Part shown: positions 37,565-45,167 of the stretch, one piece after another
Layout of the letters: the number at the start of each line of letters is the position of its first letter
Numbering within the stretch: position 1 is the stretch's first letter
Position numbers and translations under genes: made by a program
NCBI GenBank assembly: GCA_963717505.1
Contig: OY970342.1
Location: 3,680,001-3,744,000 of the forward strand
Length of the DNA stretch: 64,000 bases
Source of the DNA: Candidatus Eiseniibacteriota bacterium
GTDB lineage: Bacteria > Eisenbacteria > RBG-16-71-46
Reading direction: 5' to 3'
Notes under the pieces: model-generated
Seen by the model: only the letters and a program-made list of their open reading frames with translations
What the model was told of the DNA's origin: nothing
The model's database searches: none

Positions 37565-39388
37565 TCAGGCGGCGAGGGACTCCACCATTGCGGCCATCGG
37601 GATCTCGACGATGAACCGGCTGCCGCGGCCGACCTCGCTCTCGACCCGGATCGTGCCGCCGTGGGCTTCGATGATCCCGCGCGCAATTCGCAGTCCGAGC
37701 CCGAGGCCGGCGGAGTTGAATTCGAGGGTGCGGGAGGAGTGGTGATGCAGGACGTCTCCAGTCAGGATCGCCTTGTCGAAGATCGTACGCACCCGGTCCG
37801 CGGGGATCCCCAGACCGGTGTCCTGGACTTCGATGAACAACCCATCGTTGCGCCGTGCGGCGACGACCCGCACGCTGCCACCGTCGGGAGTGAATCGGAT
37901 GCCGTTGCGCACCAGGTTGCCGATCGCTTCGGCGAGTCGCGGACCATCCGCGAACAGTCGCGGCGCTCCGCCGTCGATCTCGCGGCAGACCGTCACGTTT
38001 CGACCCCGGGCGTCGGCCTTCGCGCCCTCGATCGCCTGACTGACCACGGTGCCGAGATCGGTCGCGCCGCGGTTGAGCACCAGGCGCTCACTCTCGATCT
38101 GGGCAATGCGCGTGGCGTCGTCCGCGATCCGGTGCAGGGTCGAGAGCCCTTGACCGATCGCCGTCAGCGCGCGCTTCTGGTGGTCGTTGAGCGGCCCCAT
38201 CGACTCCTCGGACATCAGTTCGTGAAACCCGCGGATGATGCTGATCGGCGTGCGCAGTTCGTGCGAGGTGACGCTGATGAAGTCGCTCTTCATCTGGGCC
38301 ACCTCCTCGAGGCTGCGAACGTAGGCGCGCTCACGTAGCCGCATCTCCTGGAAACGCGTGGCCAGGACCCCGATTTCGTCGTTGCTCTGAACGAACAGCG
38401 GGTACTCGTAGTTGCCACGGCCGATCTCTTCCGCGGCGCGGACCAGGCCCTCGATCGGTCCGGTGATCCGCATCGAGACGAAGATCCCGGCGAGCAAGGT
38501 GAAGGCGACCGCCGCCGTGCCCAGTTGGATCAGTCCCGTCGTCAGGCTGCGCAGGTGACGGGTTTCGGCGTCCAGCGAACGCTGCAGGGTGTAGGTCCGG
38601 CGGCTCTCGCTCGGCGCGTTCGGCAATGGGCGGGCCAGCACCTGATAGGTTTCGCGCGGGCCTTTCGCTGCGAACAACAGGCTGCCGCCCCCCGCGCCAC
38701 TCAGATCGCCGGAAATGCGGCTCAGCCCCGCGAGCAATGCCGAGCGATCCTCACCCCCCACCAACGTGCTGCCGGTGATCGCCTGATCGGCGACGAACGA
38801 GACCTCGCTGCGCGTCCGCGACCGCAGCCGGTCGGCCAGCTCCTGGCCGATGTCGAGCGCGAGCAGCAGCACCCCGACGACCCGGCCCCCGACGACGACC
38901 GGGGTCGCCACCGCCTGGAGCTGGCGACTGGGCGAGACCAAGAGCCCGGTCATCAGGCGACCCGAGAGCGCGGATTGAACCATCTGCAATTGTCCAACAT
39001 CGACCGAAGACTCGGGGCCCACCGACGCCAGCGCCAGCGCCTCGGCGTCCCAGATCTCGAGCAGGTCGGCCTCGGTGATCGCGTTGAAATCGAGCGCCAG
39101 CCTCGCGATCGTGTTGCGGTACTCGGGATCGCGGTGCGACTCCTCGAGCAACAGCATCGAGAAGAACTTCGGGTCCTGGACGATGACCTGGCTCTCCTTG
39201 GCCAATTGGTCGGTGCGCGCGGCCAGCATGTCCTCGAACACCCCGCTGGCGCGCAACAGGTCCTGTTCGATGCTGTCGTGGACGTGATCGGACACGGTGC
39301 GCTGCACGAGCCACAGCGCGGTCACCACCAGGACGATCAGCGGCAGCGTGGTGGTCGCCAGGATCCGCCAGCGCAAGCGGCCGTGCAT
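37565..39388 (-). CDS. Membrane sensor histidine kinase (periplasmic domain, HAMP, HisKA, HATPase)
   Basis: Two TMs; SHELRTP; NLVRNGIRFT; DTGLGI; GLGLGL. Confidence 0.9.
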   Translation of the reverse strand: MHGRLRWRILATTTLPLIVLVVTALWLVQRTVSDHVHDSIEQDLLRASGVFEDMLAARTDQLAKESQVIVQDPKFFSMLLLEESHRDPEYRNTIARLALDFNAITEADLLEIWDAEALALASVGPESSVDVGQLQMVQSALSGRLMTGLLVSPSRQLQAVATPVVVGGRVVGVLLLALDIGQELADRLRSRTRSEVSFVADQAITGSTLVGGEDRSALLAGLSRISGDLSGAGGGSLLFAAKGPRETYQVLARPLPNAPSESRRTYTLQRSLDAETRHLRSLTTGLIQLGTAAVAFTLLAGIFVSMRITGPIEGLVRAAEEIGRGNYEYPLFVQSNDEIGVLATRFQEMRLRERAYVRSLEEVAQMKSDFISVTSHELRTPISIIRGFHELMSEESMGPLNDHQKRALTAIGQGLSTLHRIADDATRIAQIESERLVLNRGATDLGTVVSQAIEGAKADARGRNVTVCREIDGGAPRLFADGPRLAEAIGNLVRNGIRFTPDGGSVRVVAARRNDGLFIEVQDTGLGIPADRVRTIFDKAILTGDVLHHHSSRTLEFNSAGLGLGLRIARGIIEAHGGTIRVESEVGRGSRFIVEIPMAAMVESLAA

Positions 39389-39392
39389 CAGG

Positions 39393-40076
39393 TCAGTACT
39401 CGATCTCGACGGCGAGGTCGCGACCCTCGGGGACTTTGATCTCCCGCGTCCGCTCACCGAGGTCCGGGTGCCAGACCTTGAGCGTGTAGGTCCCGGCAGG
39501 CAGGTTCGGCAGAGAGAACTCGCCGTCGGCCGAAGGCTGGGCGAACACGTGATGCGGCAGCACGTAGACAAAGGCCGCCATGTCGGAGTGGATGTCGCAG
39601 AACACGTTCACGATGCCCGGGCGGTCGAACGTGACCGCCTTGGAGTGCCCGCGCGAGTACTTGCCGAGGTCGAAGCGTTTGACCGGCGAGACGCTGAACA
39701 CGTTGTGATACATGCGGTCCTGGTTGGGAAAGTCGACGCGGGTTCCGACGCGCACGGCGAGCACGCGCGGGGTGAACGCCTGGTCCTTCTGCTCGAGCGT
39801 CGGCTTCGGGGCCGGCAGGGTCGGGGTCGCGAGGTCCGCCGGAACCTTCTCGACGAAAACCACGGCGTCCTGCACAGCGCCGAGTCGTGGGGCGATCGCA
39901 CCCGCTGGCAGCGTTCCCGCGCGTCCCGGGTAGGGATTGAGCTTCGGCAGCGCCTGGCCGACCGACGGCGGCACGTTCACGCGTCCGCGAACGACTCCCC
40001 CGTTCGCCGGCAGGGCGCTGGTGGCGGCAATCATGCTCCAGGCGAGCCCAAATCCGAGCCACTTCCGAATGGTCAT
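39393..40076 (-). CDS. Exported cupredoxin-like protein with carboxypeptidase-regulatory-like tail
   Basis: Signal peptide; FTPRVLAV..G..VDFPNQD..YHNVFS; FCDIHSDM; LPAGTYTLKVWHP. Confidence 0.82.
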   Translation of the reverse strand: MTIRKWLGFGLAWSMIAATSALPANGGVVRGRVNVPPSVGQALPKLNPYPGRAGTLPAGAIAPRLGAVQDAVVFVEKVPADLATPTLPAPKPTLEQKDQAFTPRVLAVRVGTRVDFPNQDRMYHNVFSVSPVKRFDLGKYSRGHSKAVTFDRPGIVNVFCDIHSDMAAFVYVLPHHVFAQPSADGEFSLPNLPAGTYTLKVWHPDLGERTREIKVPEGRDLAVEIEY

Positions 40077-40146
40077 TCCCCACCTCGGGCGCGGGCCCGG
40101 TTCGAAGACGACGCACGATTGTCGCCCGCGGGGGGCGCTCCCCGGA

Positions 40147-40175
40147 GTTTTCGGCCGGCCGAGCCCCCGGTTTCA
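40147..40175 (-). promoter_or_regulatory. sigma28-like promoter of cupredoxin-kinase operon
   Basis: TGAAA-15 nt-GCCGAAAAC on the minus strand, 70 nt before ATG. Confidence 0.5.
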
Positions 40176-40264
40176 GGGGGCATATTCCCGGGCCTCGGAC
40201 CCTGCGGATCTGCTTGCGGGGTCGCGGACTGGCGGCGGCGGGGGCAGCCGGATATTTTCCCCTC

Positions 40265-41198
40265 ATGAACCTGGTCCGTGACGCGCTGCTCGCCAGCTCC
40301 GAAAACGCGTGGCTGCGCCGCCAAGCCACCCAGTCGCGCATCGTCCGGCGCGCGGTCTCGCGCTTCATGCCGGGCGAGACCCTGGACGACGCGCTCGCTG
40401 CGGCAACGGCGCTCAAGGAACGCCGCATGGGAACGATCCTCACCCACCTCGGCGAAAACGTCGGCGACCGCGACGAAGCGGCCGCGGTCACCCGCCACTA
40501 CCTGGACGTCCTCGAACGGATTCCCCAGTCGGCGATCGACGCCGAGGTATCGGTCAAGCTCACCCAGCTCGGCCTGGATCTCGACGAGTCGTTCGCCCTC
40601 GCGAACCTCGTAAAGATCGCCGAGCGCGCCCGTCAGCTCGGCAACACGATCTCGGTCGACATGGAATCCAGCGCCTACACGCAGCGCACGCTGAATGTCT
40701 ACCAGCGACTGCGCGCGAGCCATCGAAACGTCGGACTCTGCCTGCAGGCCTATCTGTTCCGCACCCCGGGCGATCTCGAGGCCCTGATTCCCGGCGGCGG
40801 CGGCATCCGGATGGTCAAGGGAGCCTACAAGGAACCGCCCGACCTCGCGCATCCCGCCAAGCACGACGTCGACGAGAGTTTCTTCACGCTGACCACCCGC
40901 CTGCTTCACACCCGAGGCGCGCCAGGCGGGAATCCGCCCGACGATCGCCACCCACGATCCGGTCCTGATCGAGCGCATTCAGGCGTTCGCCGCCCAGCAC
41001 CGGATCTCCTCCGATGCCTACGAGTTCGCAATGCTGTACGGGATCCAGCGGCCATTGCAGTCGCGTCTGGTGGCCGAGGGCCACCGGCTGCGAGTGCTGA
41101 TCAGCTACGGCTCGTACTGGTTCCCGTGGTACATGCGCCGCCTGGCCGAACGACCGGCCAACGTCCTGTTCGTGTTGCGCGGCGTGTTCGGGGGCTGA
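40265..41198 (+). pseudogene. Monofunctional proline dehydrogenase with +1 frameshift at ~40906 (pseudogene or sequencing error)
   Basis: SVKLTQLGL, DMES, LQAYL, RMVKGAY in frame 1; IATHD, FAMLYGI, WFPWYMRRLAERPAN in the shifted frame, ending TGA 41196-41198. Confidence 0.85.
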
Positions 41199-41202
41199 GC
41201 CC

Positions 41203-41673
41203 GTGCTCGAGAGCATTCGATCGTTCTTCCGGCGCGCCGCCGATCCCGTTCCGCCCAAGCCCAGCACGACTTCCGAACCGGATCCGGCCACCCAGCGGCT
41301 GCGGATCGCCGCATGCGCCTTGTTGCTCGAGATGGCGCACGCCGATGAAGAGTTCTCGGACGAGGAGCGGCTGCACGTGGAAGAGTCGATCGGCCGGCAC
41401 TTCGACCTGCCGCCGGAGACCGCGCGCGAGCTGATCGCTCTCGCCGACGCGGAGCGCCGCGAAGCCACCGACCTCTACCAGTTCACCTCGCTGATCAACG
41501 CGCACTACGACGAGGGCCAGCGCATGGTTCTGGCGGAGGTGCTGTGGCGGGTGGTGCTCGCCGACGGCGAGCTGACCCGCCACGAGGATTACCTGATGCG
41601 CAAGCTGGCGTCGTTGCTCGAGCTCAAGCCGGGTTACCTGGGCGAGGCGCGCCGGCGGGCGTCGGGACCCTAG
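41203..41673 (+). CDS. TerB-family protein
   Basis: ACALLLEMAHADEEFSDEER, DLYQFTSLIN, LWRVVLADGEL..HEDYLMRKLASLL. Confidence 0.85.
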   Translation: MLESIRSFFRRAADPVPPKPSTTSEPDPATQRLRIAACALLLEMAHADEEFSDEERLHVEESIGRHFDLPPETARELIALADAERREATDLYQFTSLINAHYDEGQRMVLAEVLWRVVLADGELTRHEDYLMRKLASLLELKPGYLGEARRRASGP

Positions 41674-41682
41674 CCCGGCTCG

Positions 41683-42222
41683 CTACATCCGCCGGATCAC
41701 CTGGTAGCGATGCGGGTCGTCGATGAACTGCGCCCGGGTCGAGTCGTTCTCGAAGAAGTAGGGACCGCCGACCCAGTAGACTTCGGGCGAGCGTGTCGAC
41801 GGGCGAAAGCGATTGCCGGTCACCGGATCCCGGACGATGCCGGTCCACAACGCCGGCGACTTGATGAACCGGTTCAGCGTGCGCAGGCTCGAGAAGCGAT
41901 ACACCTCGCCGTTGACGCGGAACTGGAGCTCGGGTTTGAGCGAGCCCAAATGACGTGGATCGACCGGGTCCCACAGCGCGCGCTGCAGGTGAAACAACGC
42001 CCAATCGGCGTCGACCACCGGCCCCAACGGGGCCGCGATCGGCACTCAGGTGAACTGGGACGAAGGCGGTCCGGCCAGGGCGTCGAGCGGATCGGCGCGC
42101 GGAATCGCCGGTGACGGAACGCCGGCGCCGGGACTGGATTCCGGGATCGCGGCTGCGTGCGCGACAGCGAGCGACCCGAGCGGGAACACGCACAACATCA
42201 AGATCGACGCGAACCAGCGCAT
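41683..42222 (-). CDS. Exported tandem YHS-like domain protein with in-frame TGA at codon 59 (candidate selenoprotein)
   Basis: Signal-peptide ORF and YHS-like ORF (DPV..NGEVYRFSS..RF..P; DPVTG..YFFEN...QF..DP.RY) share a frame and are separated only by TGA 42048-42046. Confidence 0.65.
42013..42040 (-). other. Putative bacterial SECIS hairpin
   Basis: GATCGC-GGCCCC-GTT-GGGGCC-G-GTGGTC; loop G is 18 nt 3' of the TGA. Confidence 0.5.
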
Positions 42223-42223
42223 G

Positions 42224-43651
42224 TCAGTCGTCCATGATCGTGCCGCCCCGCGAATTCTCGGCACGATCCTGCAGAGAAACCGAGAGCGGAACGATCCACG
42301 TGTTGCCGCCTTCGGTCATGCGTGCAGCAGCGAGGTCGGCGCTCGAGTCGATCAGCGGCTGGAACCGCCGGCCGTTGAGCGAGGCCCACAGGTCGACGTA
42401 GATGCGGGGCCTCACGCCCCACTGCTTCTCGTATCGATCCGCCAGCCATTGGGCGTAGCGATGGACCAGGCGCGGGCGCGTGGTCATCTTGCGGAACTGG
42501 CGCCGGGTCAGGATCTCGCTGGGATCGTGCTCGATCCGCTGGCCGGTCTTGGGATTCTCGATGATGACGGAGCGCAGTTCGCCGTCCTTTTCGCGAAGCT
42601 TCATGTGCCAGCTCAGGATGTGGCCCTCTTCGGTCCAGCTGACGTTGCCGCCGTAGAGGAAGTGGCGCACCGGCATCAGGACCTGGATCACGAGCCAAAG
42701 GGTCATGCCGATCATCACGCCGGCGCCGAGTGGCGCGGTGGCCCGGGCGGGCGCTGGCACCGGCTTGGGTTTCGCATCGCGGGGCGTGGCGACGAACAAG
42801 CCGCGCAGGAACGCGAGCGCCCGGCGCGGCCAGTCGGGCGTCAGGAAGATGAAGGTCGAGCCCATCGCCAACCACGGGAAGATCCCGATCTCGAACAGAT
42901 TCAAGTTCATGAAGTGGAACATGAACGACCACAGGATCCCGAACAGCCGGGTCTTGCGGAACAATAGCAGGAAGCCGATCGACAGGTCGTAGAACAATCC
43001 GCCGTAGGACATGAGCATCGCGAACCAGGACTCGAGCATGAACGGGCCGATCAGCGGCATGGTCTCGGCTTCGGCCAGCCAGATCGCCAACGGCTGACCT
43101 TGCAGCCAGTCGGCATTGACCTTCGCGATACCGGCGTAGAAGTAGACGATGAACAGCTGGGCCCGCAGCACCAGGATCGTCCAGTAGGGAACGGTCGCGA
43201 CTTCCCCGGGCTTGAGGCGCCGCCGGCGCGGGCCGAGCGCCCACACCCGGTCGGCCGGCATCCAGATGAGGAGGAACGCGATCAGCGCGACCAGGTAGAA
43301 GTGATTGAGGTAATTCGATTCATCGATGGTGAAGATGTACAGGTGGGTCAGGAACAAAGTGACGATCGCGGCGCGATAGAACAGACCGAGGCACACGCAG
43401 ACCGCGGCAACCCCCATAACCGTGTAGAGGACGTACATGCCGGGCGGCGGGATCAGGCGGAGGAACTCGAATCCCGGGAGCGTGAACGTCATGATCGGGT
43501 CTTCGAAGTAGCGCTTGATCCAGCCGTGGTTGAAGTAGCGATAGACTTCGACCGCCATGCAGCCGCCGAACCACATGCGGAAGAACGCCAGCGAGGCGCC
43601 GTCCACCGGGGAGGCGATCTTTTCGCGGAAGCGGCGGAGCCAGTCGCTCAC
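42224..43651 (-). CDS. HTTM-domain vitamin K-dependent gamma-glutamyl carboxylase-like protein
   Basis: YLNHFYL, IVYFYAGIAKVNADWLQG, IGIFPW, WTEEGHILSWHMKL, SLNGRRFQPLID; GTGA overlap with upstream gene. Confidence 0.88.
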   Translation of the reverse strand: MSDWLRRFREKIASPVDGASLAFFRMWFGGCMAVEVYRYFNHGWIKRYFEDPIMTFTLPGFEFLRLIPPPGMYVLYTVMGVAAVCVCLGLFYRAAIVTLFLTHLYIFTIDESNYLNHFYLVALIAFLLIWMPADRVWALGPRRRRLKPGEVATVPYWTILVLRAQLFIVYFYAGIAKVNADWLQGQPLAIWLAEAETMPLIGPFMLESWFAMLMSYGGLFYDLSIGFLLLFRKTRLFGILWSFMFHFMNLNLFEIGIFPWLAMGSTFIFLTPDWPRRALAFLRGLFVATPRDAKPKPVPAPARATAPLGAGVMIGMTLWLVIQVLMPVRHFLYGGNVSWTEEGHILSWHMKLREKDGELRSVIIENPKTGQRIEHDPSEILTRRQFRKMTTRPRLVHRYAQWLADRYEKQWGVRPRIYVDLWASLNGRRFQPLIDSSADLAAARMTEGGNTWIVPLSVSLQDRAENSRGGTIMDD

Positions 43652-44094
43652 GTCAGGAAACGCTCGCGGTCGGCGGGAGTCGGCATGCGGCAGGACTTGC
43701 GCGTGCCGAACCACCGGTAGCGGTTGCGCGCGACGAAGGCATACACCGGATCGCGCACGAATCGTGGAATCGCCAGCAGCCACGAGGCCAGCCGCCAGGG
43801 TCCGCGCACGTGCCGCAGGGCGCGCAACACCGCGGTCGACCTCAGGTAGGCCCGACCACCCTCGACCAGGATCAATGACTCGAGCGGATCGCCGGCAATC
43901 GCGAACTGCCGGATCAGTCGGCCGCCGGCGTCCGATTGGAGTGCCGCGAACCGGAGCCGCCGCCCCGGATCACGGTCCATGAGGAAGTTCACCGTGCCGT
44001 CGCAGAAGTTGCAGACGCCGTCGAACAGGACGACCGGCGCGTCCACGGCAGCCGCCTGCGAATCCGGGGTCATGGAGGGGGAAAACGCGCTCAT
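43648..44094 (-). CDS. DCC-family thiol-disulfide oxidoreductase
   Basis: VVLFDGVCNFC (DxxCxxC), FAALQS, RDPVYAFVARNRYRWFG; alternative start 44073. Confidence 0.92.
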   Translation of the reverse strand: MSAFSPSMTPDSQAAAVDAPVVLFDGVCNFCDGTVNFLMDRDPGRRLRFAALQSDAGGRLIRQFAIAGDPLESLILVEGGRAYLRSTAVLRALRHVRGPWRLASWLLAIPRFVRDPVYAFVARNRYRWFGTRKSCRMPTPADRERFLT

Positions 44095-44154
44095 GGCGGG
44101 CGCAATGATACCACGGCTTGTCCGGCGGCTGGTCCGGTGGTAGACAGCCCCACC

Positions 44155-45087
44155 ATGTTGCTCCGCGCCTTCTGCCTGACTGCCGGGCTCCTGATTGCGT
44201 GTCTTGACCCGGCCTTGTCCGCCGACCCGCCGTCGGGGACGCGGCCTGATAGCGCCGGTACGCGCGTGGTCCTGCTCGGGACCGGCACGCCCAATGCCGA
44301 CCCGGAGCGCTCGGGCCCCGCGGTCGCGGTAGTGGTCGGCGGCCGGGCCTACCTGGTCGATTCGGGTCCGGGCGTCGTCCGCCGGGCAGCCGCGGCGGCG
44401 AGTCGAGGCATCGCGGCACTCGATCCGGCGAAGCTCGACATCGTGTTCCTCACCCATCTGCACAGCGATCACACCGTCGGACTCCCCGATCTCGTGTTCA
44501 CGCCCTGGGTGCTCGAGCGCCGCGGGCCATTGCGTGTTTTCGGTCCGCCGGGGACACGCGCGATGACCGACCATGTGCTCGCCGCCTGGCGCGAGGACAT
44601 CCACATGCGCAACCAAGGGCTCGAGCCCGACAAGACCGAGGGCTGGCGGGTGGTGGCCCGCGAGGTTCGATCCGGAGTCGTCTACCGGGATTCGAACGTG
44701 GTCGTGCGCGCGATCGCGGTTCCCCACGCCAACTGGCGCCACGCGTTTGCCTATCGCTTCGACACTGCCGACCGCTCGATCGTCATCTCGGGCGATACGC
44801 GACCCAGCGACAGCCTGGTGGTCGCGTGCGACGGCTGCGACGTCCTGGTCCACGAGGTCTATTCCGCCGAGCGCTTCAAGACGCGCTCGCCCGAGTGGCA
44901 GCGCTACCACTCCGACGCTCACACCTCGACCACCGAGCTGGCCGAGGTCGCGCGCCGGGCGCGGCCGGGCTTGCTGGTGCTCTACCACCAGCTGATGTGG
45001 GGCGCGACCGACGAGGACCTGGTGCGCGAGGTCCGGGCGGGCTGGGATGGGCGCGTCGTTTCGGGCCGCGACCTCGACGTGCACTGA
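44155..45087 (+). CDS. MBL-fold hydrolase, RNase Z/arylsulfatase-like, with signal peptide
   Basis: LLGTGTP, THLHSDHTVG, SGDT, LVHEV, YH. Confidence 0.85.
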   Translation: MLLRAFCLTAGLLIACLDPALSADPPSGTRPDSAGTRVVLLGTGTPNADPERSGPAVAVVVGGRAYLVDSGPGVVRRAAAAASRGIAALDPAKLDIVFLTHLHSDHTVGLPDLVFTPWVLERRGPLRVFGPPGTRAMTDHVLAAWREDIHMRNQGLEPDKTEGWRVVAREVRSGVVYRDSNVVVRAIAVPHANWRHAFAYRFDTADRSIVISGDTRPSDSLVVACDGCDVLVHEVYSAERFKTRSPEWQRYHSDAHTSTTELAEVARRARPGLLVLYHQLMWGATDEDLVREVRAGWDGRVVSGRDLDVH

Positions 45088-45167
45088 CGTTCGCGTGCTC
45101 ATTTTGCTTGTCGTCCGCGTCCGGGGACGGCTACGCTGAATGCCCGGTTCACGGATTCGGAGACCCC

